DNA from: Candidatus Eiseniibacteriota bacterium
Lineage (GTDB): Bacteria; Joyebacterota; Joyebacteria; Joyebacterales; Joyebacteraceae
Direction: 5' to 3'
NCBI GenBank assembly: GCA_043819135.1
Contig: JBDRFG010000061.1
Coordinates: 1-10,918, forward strand
DNA length: 10,918 nucleotides
Shown one piece after another: positions 1-7,878 of this stretch. The translations under genes and the position numbers were made by a program. Under the pieces are notes generated by a model, which saw nothing but the letters and a program-made list of their open reading frames with translations, was not told the origin of the DNA and searched no databases. The stretch's first letter is position 1; each line of letters starts with the position of its first letter.

Positions 1-165
1 GCGAAGAGGTTCAAGCGCACTAGCTCTGGCAAGTTCAAGAGAGCCAAGGCTTACGGCGGCCACTTCTTCATCCGCAAGAGTGCACGTCAGAAGAGGAGCC
101 TGAGGAAGGCCGGGTACGTTCATCCGAGCGACCAGTCGCGCGTCGAGCGACTCCTTCCCAAGTAG
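1..165 (+). CDS. rpmI: 50S ribosomal protein L35, 5'-truncated by the window edge
   Basis: Frame 1 reads AKRFKRTSSGKFKRAKAYGGHFFIRKSARQKRSLRKAGYVHPSDQSRVERLLPK*, with TAG at 163-165. It has the L35 KRFK.T..GK motif and lies immediately upstream of rplT. Not in the ORF track. Confidence 0.95.
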   Translation, partial: AKRFKRTSSGKFKRAKAYGGHFFIRKSARQKRSLRKAGYVHPSDQSRVERLLPK

Positions 166-197
166 ACAAGACGGCCAAGCAACAGGCGAGGTAAGGA

Positions 198-554
198 ATG
201 TCCAGGGTAAGAGGAGCTCCGTCATCGAGGCGGAGGAGGAAGAAGATACTCAAGGCCGCGAAGGGCTATCGCGGCTCCAGAAGCAAGCTGATACGCACGG
301 CCACGGAGAGCGTGCACAGGGCAGGGCAGTACGCGTATCGCGACCGCAAGAGGCGCAAGGGTGACATGCGCCGTCTGTGGATCATTCGCATCAACGCGGG
401 CGCCCGCATGCACGGACTCTCCTACAGCCAGTTCATGCACGGCCTGAAGGTAGCCAGCGTGGAGGTCGACCGCAAGATGCTGGCCGACATGGCAGTCAAC
501 GACATGGACGGTTTCACGAAGCTCGTGACGATCGCCAAGGACGGGCTGGAGTAG
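198..554 (+). CDS. rplT: 50S ribosomal protein L20
   Basis: MSRV...[14 protein letters not shown]...[37 protein letters not shown]...DRKMLADMA are typical L20 motifs. GAGGTAAGGA lies upstream of the ATG. Confidence 0.98.
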   Translation: MSRVRGAPSSRRRRKKILKAAKGYRGSRSKLIRTATESVHRAGQYAYRDRKRRKGDMRRLWIIRINAGARMHGLSYSQFMHGLKVASVEVDRKMLADMAVNDMDGFTKLVTIAKDGLE

Positions 555-584
555 CGAGGCAACACGCAGGCGGAGGTGGGTCCC

Positions 585-1592
585 TTGCTGGACCGCTTGA
601 AGGAACTCGGGGACGAGGCCCGGGGCGCGCTTGGGAGCGCGGCGACGGTTTCGGAACTGGAGAACGCGCGCGTAAAGTACCTGGGCCGGAAGAGCGAGCT
701 CAACCAGGCGTCGAGGGGGCTCAAGGACCTCGACCCGAACGAGCGGCGCGCCGTGGGAAGGGCCGTGAACGAGCTCAAGTCCGAGCTGGCGGCGCTTCTC
801 GAGGCTGCGACCGAGAGGCTCGAGTCCGTGGTTGCGTCGCCCGAGGGGCTCGATTTGACGCTGCCGGGCAGGGTGCCGTGGGTGGGAAGGAAGCACCCGT
901 TGACGCGCACGTACGAGCGTCTCGAGTCCATCTTCAGGGGACTGGGGTTCGAGGTGGCGCTCGGTCCGCACATCGAGGACGACTTCCACAACTTCGACGC
1001 CCTCAACATCCCCGCGGATCACCCGGCGAGGGACATGCACGACACGTTCTACATCGACAACGAGACGCTGCTTCGCACGCACACGTCGCCGATACAGATC
1101 CGCGTGATGCAGTCGCGGAAGCCCCCGATCAGGATCATAGCTCCGGGGCGGGCCTACCGGAACGAGACGCCGGACGCGTCGCACGGCTCCGAGTTCTATC
1201 AGCTCGAGGGCCTGTACGTCGACCGTGGCGTCCGCTTCGGTGAGCTCAAAGGTGTTCTCATCAGGTTCATGAGGGAGCTCTACGGCGAGAACGTCGGGCT
1301 GAGGTTCAGGGCGGGGTTCTTCCCGTTCACGGAGCCGTCGACCGAGGTCGACCTTGAGTGTCTGGTCTGCCACGGGTCGGGATGCAGCGTCTGCAGTGGA
1401 ACGGGCTGGGTTGAAGTACTGGGGGCCGGAATGGTCGACCCGCGCGTGTTCGAGGCCGTCGGCTACGACCCGGATGAGTACACGGGCTACGCGTTCGGAC
1501 TCGGCGTGGACAGGATCTGCATGATGATGACCGGAACGGACGACATACGTCTGTTCCTCGAGAACGACATGCGCTTCCTGAGGCAGCTCTAA
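585..1592 (+). CDS. pheS: Phenylalanine--tRNA ligase alpha subunit
   Basis: Contains NFDALNIPADHPARDMHDTFY, LLRTHTSPIQIR, FFPFTEPS, CxxC..CxxC and GYAFGLGVDR. I moved the start from the track's GTG 576, which lies inside the SD GGAGGTG (572-578), to the in-frame TTG at 585, 8 nt after GGAGG. Confidence 0.97.
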   Translation: MLDRLKELGDEARGALGSAATVSELENARVKYLGRKSELNQASRGLKDLDPNERRAVGRAVNELKSELAALLEAATERLESVVASPEGLDLTLPGRVPWVGRKHPLTRTYERLESIFRGLGFEVALGPHIEDDFHNFDALNIPADHPARDMHDTFYIDNETLLRTHTSPIQIRVMQSRKPPIRIIAPGRAYRNETPDASHGSEFYQLEGLYVDRGVRFGELKGVLIRFMRELYGENVGLRFRAGFFPFTEPSTEVDLECLVCHGSGCSVCSGTGWVEVLGAGMVDPRVFEAVGYDPDEYTGYAFGLGVDRICMMMTGTDDIRLFLENDMRFLRQL

Positions 1593-1620
1593 AGCCTCCG
1601 GGAGTTAAGAGGCAACGCAC

Positions 1621-4011
1621 ATGATCGTCAGTCTCAACTGGCTCAGGCGGTACGTCGACTTCGACATGGACGCGCGCGAGCTGGCGCTCCGCCTGACGAA
1701 CTCGCTGACCGAAGCGGAGGCGGTGGAGCCCTCCTGGAGCGGTGTTGCGGGCGTCGTCGCGGCCAAGGTCGTGACCGCCGAGAAGCACCCGGATTCCGAC
1801 ACGCTCTCGGTGTGTGTCGTCGACTACGGCGCAGGTTCCTCGACCGTTGTTTGCGGCGCCCCGAACGTTCGTGCGGGAATGATGTCCGTGCTCGCACCTC
1901 CTGGGTCCGCCGTTGCCGGCGGTCGTTCGATCTCTGAGGCTACCATCCGTGGAAGGCGTTCGTACGGAATGCTGGTCTCAGCGATGGAACTCGGCCTCGG
2001 GGAGTCGTCGGAGGGGATCCTCGAACTCGGTGACGACGTGAAGCCCGGAGGTGACGTCAGATCGCTCCTTGGGCTCGACGACGAACTGATCGAGCTCGAC
2101 GTCCAGCCGAACAGACCCGACTGCCTGGGGATGATCGGCGTCGCGCGCGAAGTCGCCGCCCTGGTCGGCGGCGAACTCAGGTACCCGACCGTTGAACTGA
2201 CGGAACAAGGCACCGCGGCGAGCGAGATGGCCGCCGTGGTGCTCGAGGATCCCGTCGCCTGTCCCAGATACATCGCGAGGGTCATCAGGGAACTCACCAT
2301 TGGCCCTTCGCCCGCCTGGCTGCAATCGTGTCTCAGGAGCGTCGGCGGCAGGAGCATCAGCAACGTCGTCGACATAACGAACTTCGTCATGCTGGAATTC
2401 GGACACCCCATCCACGCGTTCGACTACGACCGCGTCTCCGACCACAAGATCATCGTCCGGCGAGCCCGTGAGGGCGAGACCATGACGACGCTGGACGGTG
2501 TCGAGCGGAAGCTCGACGGAGAGCACCTGCTCATATGCGACGGACGCGAGCCGGTCGCGCTCGCCGGCATCATGGGAGGCGCGGACTCCGAGGTCTCGGA
2601 CAACACGACGAACGTTCTACTGGAATGCGCCTGGTTCGACCCCGTGGTCGTACGGCGCGGCGCGGCGAGGCTCGGACTACGGACGGAAGCTTCTCAGAGG
2701 TTCGAGAGAGGCGTCGACCCGTGTGCCATGGAGATGGTGGCGGCGCGCGCCTGCGCGCTCATGGCCGAGCTGGCGGGAGGGTCTGTCGCTCCAGGCGTGA
2801 TCGACGCGGGAACGGACGGCGGGGAGAGGCCGGCCGTAGCACTGACGGTCGCTCGCGTGACCGGCATGCTCGGCGACGACGTCGGACGCGCGGAGACGGC
2901 CGACTCTCTCGCACGACTGGGATTCCGGGTCGAGAGCGGCGACGGCGACGGACAGCTGGTCGTCGGTGTCCCTTCGCACAGACCGGATGTCACGACCGAG
3001 GCCGATCTGATCGAGGAGGTTCTTCGGGCCAGAGGTTACGACGAGGTCCTGCCAGAGGTCCCCTTCCACTCGATCGACGCGCCGGAGGATACGGGCGAGC
3101 GCTCGCGGAACAGAGTGCGCGACGCCATGGTCGGGCTGGGTTTCTTCGAGATCCTGACGACGTCCTTCATGAGTCACGGGGCGGTCAGAGCGCTGGGCGG
3201 CTCCGACGTTCGTGGGGCGGCCATCGAACTTTCGAACCCGGTCAACAAGGAGATGCCACTTCTGAGGACCTCGATGATGCCGGCGCTTCTCGACGTCGTC
3301 AGACGGAACAGGAACGTGGGGGAGAAGGACCTTCGGCTGTTCGAGATGGGGAAGGTCTTCTGGAAGGACGAGGGCGGACTCAGCGAGAGCTGGGTGCTGG
3401 CCGGCGCCCTGACGGGGCACGCCGGCAGGCTCTCCTGGGGCGAAACACCGCGGCCAGTGGATTTCTTCGACGGGAAGGGCGTTCTCTGGGCCCTGGCCGA
3501 GGCGCTCGATATTGACACTCCGGAGATCGCCTGCTACGATGGTCAGTTACTGGATGCCGGAGCGAGCGCAGGATTCTCCGTGCGAGGCGAGGAGCCGGGC
3601 GTTTTCGGAATGCTCTCGAAGGGTGTCCTCACAGCATGGGAGCTCGCGGATCCGGTGTTCGTTTTCGAGATCGACCTCGAGAGGTTGTGCGGCTTCATTC
3701 CGTCGGCCGTGTCTTTCGAGGAACTGGCGAGATACCCGAAGGCGCGGCGGGACGTTGCGCTCGTGGTCGACGAACGTTCGGCGGCGGGTGACGTCCTTGC
3801 GGCCGTCGAGACTCTGAAAGAGCCGCTGCTCGTGGACACGCAGGTCTTCGACATCTACGCGGGCAAGCAGCTCGCGGCGGGCAAGAAGAGCCTCGGGTTT
3901 GGACTGACTTACATGTCGAGGGAGAGGACTCTCACCGACGAGGAGGTCGATGAGGCGCATTCGCGCATCGTCGATCACTTGATGAGGAAGTTCGGCGCGG
4001 TGCTCAGGTAG
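1621..4011 (+). CDS. pheT: Phenylalanine--tRNA ligase beta subunit
   Basis: 796 aa. Contains MIVSLNWL, KHPDSDTL..C, VCGAPN, PNRPDCLG..GVARE, ISNVVDITNFVMLE.GHPIHAFD, RFERGVDP and a C-terminal FDX-ACB region (RDVALVV...FDIY.G...GKKSL....Y...ERTLTD). Directly follows pheS. Confidence 0.98.
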   Translation: MIVSLNWLRRYVDFDMDARELALRLTNSLTEAEAVEPSWSGVAGVVAAKVVTAEKHPDSDTLSVCVVDYGAGSSTVVCGAPNVRAGMMSVLAPPGSAVAGGRSISEATIRGRRSYGMLVSAMELGLGESSEGILELGDDVKPGGDVRSLLGLDDELIELDVQPNRPDCLGMIGVAREVAALVGGELRYPTVELTEQGTAASEMAAVVLEDPVACPRYIARVIRELTIGPSPAWLQSCLRSVGGRSISNVVDITNFVMLEFGHPIHAFDYDRVSDHKIIVRRAREGETMTTLDGVERKLDGEHLLICDGREPVALAGIMGGADSEVSDNTTNVLLECAWFDPVVVRRGAARLGLRTEASQRFERGVDPCAMEMVAARACALMAELAGGSVAPGVIDAGTDGGERPAVALTVARVTGMLGDDVGRAETADSLARLGFRVESGDGDGQLVVGVPSHRPDVTTEADLIEEVLRARGYDEVLPEVPFHSIDAPEDTGERSRNRVRDAMVGLGFFEILTTSFMSHGAVRALGGSDVRGAAIELSNPVNKEMPLLRTSMMPALLDVVRRNRNVGEKDLRLFEMGKVFWKDEGGLSESWVLAGALTGHAGRLSWGETPRPVDFFDGKGVLWALAEALDIDTPEIACYDGQLLDAGASAGFSVRGEEPGVFGMLSKGVLTAWELADPVFVFEIDLERLCGFIPSAVSFEELARYPKARRDVALVVDERSAAGDVLAAVETLKEPLLVDTQVFDIYAGKQLAAGKKSLGFGLTYMSRERTLTDEEVDEAHSRIVDHLMRKFGAVLR

Positions 4012-4017
4012 CGGCGT

Positions 4018-4053
4018 CCTCCGACGCTCCGCTCCCGGAGGAGACGTTGGAGG
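4018..4053 (+). promoter_or_regulatory. GC-rich hairpin just after the pheT stop (no U-tract)
   Basis: CCTCCGACG (4018-4026) pairs with CGTTGGAGG (4045-4053) with one G-U pair. An inner stem CTCC (4027-4030)/GGAG (4040-4043) extends it. Function unknown. Confidence 0.45.
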
Positions 4054-4080
4054 TCCGGGGGACCAGCAAGAGAGCGAATC

Positions 4081-4314
4081 ATGCAGCTGCCCGGTTTGGA
4101 TGAACTGGAGTCTTCGGTGGCCAGGGCCATCGAAGAACTGATAAGGCTCAAGGCCGAGAACGCCGGGTTTCGCGGGCGGCTTCGGGCTTTGGGGAAGGAC
4201 GTAGACGATCTCGGGGCCCTGATAGACGGCATAGGGTCCGGTCAGAAGGTTGATGCCAGGACGAAGAAGCGCATGGGTTCCAGGCTGAAGTCCATGGCCG
4301 ATCACGTAGGATGA
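4081..4314 (+). CDS. Small coiled-coil protein, probable ZapB-like cell division protein
   Basis: 77 aa with a heptad-like N-terminal half (LDELESSVARAIEELIRLKAENAGFRGRL). It sits between pheT and zapA, where ZapB-like ORFs are commonly found. Confidence 0.65.
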   Translation: MQLPGLDELESSVARAIEELIRLKAENAGFRGRLRALGKDVDDLGALIDGIGSGQKVDARTKKRMGSRLKSMADHVG

Positions 4315-4410
4315 CGGTCTTTCGAGGGTGTTGTGCATTGAGCTGGGAACGAACTGCAGTAGCGGGACAGTCTGGTAAGCAGCCTTGTTGGTTCGTCGGA
4401 GGTATGACTT

Positions 4411-4713
4411 CTGGGACACGATGACACCGAGATGAACAGCGTCAAGGTTGAGATATACGGTTCGGAGTACCGGATCCGCGGTGATGCCGATCCTGAGTAC
4501 ATTCAGGAGATAGCTCACTACGTGGACAGCAAGATGAACGACGTGACCAGGGAGACCTCCCTGGGATCGTCGCTCAAAGTGGCCATTCTGGCTGCACTCA
4601 ACATCGCTGGAGAGCTGTTTCGCGAGCGCGATGACAGAAACAAGCTGCTCGCACAGGTCCAGGAACGGACCGAGGAGCTGTCTCAGACGCTCGACGGCGA
4701 GCTGGGTGACTGA
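4411..4713 (+). CDS. zapA: Cell division protein ZapA
   Basis: VKVEIYGSEYRI...EYIQEIAHYVDSKM......LKVAILAALNIAGEL is the ZapA signature. The start is either ATG 4432, which has no SD, or the in-frame CTG 4411, 8 nt after GGAGG (4398-4402). Confidence 0.93.
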   Translation: MGHDDTEMNSVKVEIYGSEYRIRGDADPEYIQEIAHYVDSKMNDVTRETSLGSSLKVAILAALNIAGELFRERDDRNKLLAQVQERTEELSQTLDGELGD

Positions 4714-4719
4714 TCCGAA

Positions 4720-4881
4720 CCGCCTGCCAGTACTGCTCTAGCCTGTGAAGTTCCCGTTCGGCGACCCGTCCGGGTCGCGTGGCATTCCCAGCCCATGCAT
4801 GGCGCCGACTGACGGCGAATGAGACCGCCCGCGCTCTTCCGAGTGTCGGGAAGGGGTGTCCCGTGGGGAGCAAGGCGGGCG
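4720..4881 (+). ncRNA. ssrS: Putative 6S RNA (structured RNA downstream of zapA)
   Basis: Closing stem: CGCCTGCC (4721-4728) with GGCGGGCG (4874-4881), and TGCTC (4734-4738) with GAGCA (4868-4872). Internal stem: CCGT-TCGGCG (4754-4763) with CGCCGA-ctg-ACGG (4803-4815). A 3' hairpin spans 4831-4859. The length (~160 nt) and position right after zapA match the conserved zapA-ssrS synteny. Not confirmed by a covariance model. Confidence 0.5.
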
Positions 4882-6254
4882 AGAGCGGTGAGCTCTTTCC
4901 CGATGAGAAGATCGAGCACGTCTCTCTGGCGCGCAAGCGAAGGCCTCTGAGCCTCGCCGACTACGTCGGGCAGGAGCACCTTCTGTCCGAGGGCCGTCTG
5001 CTCAGGCGGGCGATTGAGAGCGACCGGTTGTTCTCCATGATCCTCTACGGCCCACCCGGATGCGGGAAGACGTCACTGGGGCACGTCGTTGCGGGGGCCA
5101 CGCGGTCGGTTCTGGTAATGCTGAATGCGGTCGAGGCCAAGGTTGCGGACCTTCGGACCGCTGTCGCGGAGGCGAAGCACAGGCTGCCTGTGCGGACGAT
5201 CCTCTTCATCGACGAGGTTCACCGCTTTAACAAGGCTCAGCAGGACGTGCTTCTCACGCCACTCGAGGACGACGTCGTGACCATGATTGGCGCGACGGTG
5301 GAGAACCCCTTCTTCTACCTGAACAAGGCGGTTCTCTCTCGCGTGCAGGTGTTCGAACTCAGACCTCTCGAGAGCTCCGAGGTCAGATCGATACTCGAGC
5401 GGGCTCTGGCCGACGAGGACCGGGGACTGGGTGATTACAGCGTGGAGCTCGCGGACGCGGCTCTCGACTACATGGTTGATAACGCCCTGGGCGACGCCAG
5501 GAAAGCGCTGGCGGCCCTCGAACTCGCCGCTCTGTCGACGCCGCCGGACCGGAACGGCGTCATCAGGATCGGGCTCGACGCGGCCAAGGAGTGCCTGAGT
5601 CAGCGCGTGGTTCGGTACGACAGGGACGGCGACTCGCACTACGACGTGGCCTCGGCGCTCATCAAGAGCATCCGGGGCTCGCAGCCGGACGCCGCGCTCC
5701 ACTGGATGGCGAGGATGGTGGAGGGTGGGGAGGATCCGAGATTCATAGCCCGCAGGCTGGTGATATCCGCGTCCGAGGACGTGGGGCTGGCCGACCCGAG
5801 AGCGCTGGAGGTAGCGGTCGCGGCGGCGCGGGCCGTGGAGATGCTCGGGATGCCCGAGGCGAGATACGCTCTCGCCGAGGCGGCCATCTACCTTGCTACC
5901 GCGCCCAAGAGCAGGAGTTGCGCGGACGCGATCGCGAGGGCCACTGAGGACATCGAGAACGGGGTGGCGTTCGAGGTTCCCGATCACCTCAGGGACGCAA
6001 GTTACAGAGGCGCCGCGCGCCTGGGACGCGGGGAGGGCTATGCAATGCCCGCGTCGGAGAGCGAGGGACGAGCGCAGCAGTACTTGCCGGAGCATAGAAG
6101 CTACTACCGCCCCGGCGACGGTGGTTACGAGAGGGAGGTCCGAGAGCGCCTGAAGAAATGGGACGGCGCTCTCACGTTCGCCCCGACGGATGACGGCACC
6201 GAGGAGGTGCCGGCTCCGGGTGGACGCAAGGCTCGAGGGACCGCAATTAAATAG
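4863..6254 (+). CDS. rarA: Replication-associated recombination protein A (RarA/MgsA AAA+ ATPase)
   Basis: Contains LA...RP..L.DYVGQEHLL, Walker A GPPGCGKTS, Walker B FIDEVHRFNKAQQD, GAT.ENP.F, YDRDGDSHYD..SALIKSIRGS, EDPRFIARRLVISASEDVG, GMPEAR and VPDHLRD. I placed the start at GTG 4863, behind AAGGGGT (4851-4857), rather than the track's 4779. Confidence 0.94.
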   Translation: MGSKAGESGELFPDEKIEHVSLARKRRPLSLADYVGQEHLLSEGRLLRRAIESDRLFSMILYGPPGCGKTSLGHVVAGATRSVLVMLNAVEAKVADLRTAVAEAKHRLPVRTILFIDEVHRFNKAQQDVLLTPLEDDVVTMIGATVENPFFYLNKAVLSRVQVFELRPLESSEVRSILERALADEDRGLGDYSVELADAALDYMVDNALGDARKALAALELAALSTPPDRNGVIRIGLDAAKECLSQRVVRYDRDGDSHYDVASALIKSIRGSQPDAALHWMARMVEGGEDPRFIARRLVISASEDVGLADPRALEVAVAAARAVEMLGMPEARYALAEAAIYLATAPKSRSCADAIARATEDIENGVAFEVPDHLRDASYRGAARLGRGEGYAMPASESEGRAQQYLPEHRSYYRPGDGGYEREVRERLKKWDGALTFAPTDDGTEEVPAPGGRKARGTAIK

Positions 6255-6273
6255 ATGGGAGGATGAGGCGTAC

Positions 6274-7839
6274 ATGGACAACAATCTGGTATCTGTAGTC
6301 ATCATGTTCCTCATCGGCGTTGCCGTCTTCCTCGCGGGCTGGTTCGCGAGAAGACTGGTCGATCGCAGCAAGATCGTCAGCGCCGAGGAACTGGCCGAGA
6401 AGATCGTCAGGGAGGCTCAGCGCGAAGGCGAGACCCAGAAGAAGGCCGCGGTGCTCGAGGCCAAGGACGAATGGTACAAGGCCAAGGCCAAGTTCGAGGA
6501 GGACACGCAGTCGACGAGGTCAGAACTCGACAAGCTCCAGAGGTCCGTTGAGAAGCGCGAGGAAAATCTCAACCGGAAGGTAGAGTTTCTCGACAAGAAG
6601 GAGCTGGAGCTCAATTCGCTGACCGACGACGTGAAGAAGACGGAAGCGCAGGTCGCCGAGCGCACCGAGAAGCTCTCCAGGCTCATCGACGAGCAGAACG
6701 AGAGACTCGAGCGGATCGCCGGTATGAATCGCGACGACGCCAAGAAGCTCCTCATCAAGAACATGGAAAGCGACGCGAGGCTCGAGGCCGCGCGCATGGT
6801 CAAGGACATCAAGGACGAGGCGCGGAGACAGGGCGACAAGGAGGCGCGCGAGATCCTGACGCTCGCCATCCAGAGGTGCGCCGCCGACCACGTGGTCGAG
6901 TCGACCGTGTCCGTGGTGAACCTGCCCAGCGATGAGATGAAGGGCCGCATCATCGGGCGAGAGGGCAGGAACATCCGCGCCTTCGAGACCGCGACGGGCA
7001 TAGACGTCATCGTGGATGACACTCCCGAGGCGGTGATCCTCTCGGGCTTCGACCCCGTGCGGCGTGAGGTGGCGAGGCTCGCGCTTGAGCGCCTCATAAC
7101 CGACGGGAGAATACACCCCGGCCGGATCGAAGAAGTCGTCAACAAGGTGTCGAAGGAACTCGACGAGCACATCGTCGAGTTGGGCGAGGAGGCGTGCCTC
7201 GACGTCGGCATCCACGACCTGAAGCCGGAGATGATCAAGCTCCTGGGCAGGCTCCGCTACCGCACCAGTTACGGGCAGAACATGCTTCAGCACTCCAAGG
7301 AGGTCGCGTACCTCTGCGGGTTGATGGCCGGCGAGTTGGAGTTCGACGTGACGGTCGCCAAGAGGGCGGGTCTCCTGCACGACATCGGCAAGGCGGTCGA
7401 CCACACAATGGAGGGCACTCACGCCGGTCTCGGCGGTGAGCTGGCCCGGCGCTACAGCGAGGACGACATCATCGTCAACGCCATCGAGTCGCACCACGAG
7501 GACGTCGAACCGACATCCATGATCGCCGTGCTCGTTCAGGCGGCGGACGCCGTTTCAGGCGCGAGGCCGGGAGCGAGGCGCGAGACTCTCGAGACCTACA
7601 TCAAGCGCCTCGAGAAGCTCGAGTCCATAGCGAGCAGCTTCCAGGGCGTCGAGAGGTCGTACGCGATACAGGCCGGGCGCGAGATCAGGATCATGGTCCA
7701 GCACCGCAAGATCGACGACGCGCGAGCCGAGGCGCTGGCTTCGGCCGTCGCGAGGAAGATAGAAGCCGAGCTCAAGTACCCGGGTCAGATCAAGGTGGTA
7801 GTCGTCCGGGAGACGCGCGCCGTGGATTACGCGAAGTAG
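6274..7839 (+). CDS. rny: Ribonuclease Y
   Basis: N-terminal TM segment (LVSVVIMFLIGVAVFLAGWFA), coiled coil, KH motif KGRIIGREGRNIR, RTSYGQN, HD motif LLHDIGK, SGARPGAR and YPGQIKV.V.RETRA. ATG 6274 follows GGGAGG/GAGG. Confidence 0.98.
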   Translation: MDNNLVSVVIMFLIGVAVFLAGWFARRLVDRSKIVSAEELAEKIVREAQREGETQKKAAVLEAKDEWYKAKAKFEEDTQSTRSELDKLQRSVEKREENLNRKVEFLDKKELELNSLTDDVKKTEAQVAERTEKLSRLIDEQNERLERIAGMNRDDAKKLLIKNMESDARLEAARMVKDIKDEARRQGDKEAREILTLAIQRCAADHVVESTVSVVNLPSDEMKGRIIGREGRNIRAFETATGIDVIVDDTPEAVILSGFDPVRREVARLALERLITDGRIHPGRIEEVVNKVSKELDEHIVELGEEACLDVGIHDLKPEMIKLLGRLRYRTSYGQNMLQHSKEVAYLCGLMAGELEFDVTVAKRAGLLHDIGKAVDHTMEGTHAGLGGELARRYSEDDIIVNAIESHHEDVEPTSMIAVLVQAADAVSGARPGARRETLETYIKRLEKLESIASSFQGVERSYAIQAGREIRIMVQHRKIDDARAEALASAVARKIEAELKYPGQIKVVVVRETRAVDYAK

Positions 7840-7878
7840 GAGCGGTCCGGTCGCGGCCGAGTTCGACGGGGGCTTGGA

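Noticed and set aside
222..1373. 383-aa minus-strand ORF, plus similar long antisense or alternate-frame ORFs (e.g. 5073-6371, 6520-7497, 9821-10735, 2535-3515)
   Set aside because: They fully overlap well-conserved + strand genes and show no recognisable motifs. Such shadow ORFs are expected in GC-rich DNA with strong codon bias.
4018..4060. Post-pheT hairpin as an intrinsic terminator
   Set aside because: No U-tract on either strand, so it is kept only as a generic hairpin.
4779..4862. Track's extended rarA N-terminus from GTG 4779
   Set aside because: No SD, no resemblance to RarA, and it runs through the structured RNA. GTG 4863 is better supported.
6245..6256. AT-rich patch AATTAAATAGAT as an internal rny promoter
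   Set aside because: It includes the rarA stop codon, has no matching -35 element, and is too short to support a call.
6190..6273. Track's extended rny N-terminus from 6190
   Set aside because: It overlaps the rarA 3' end. ATG 6274 has an SD and places the TM anchor at the N-terminus, as in typical RNase Y.
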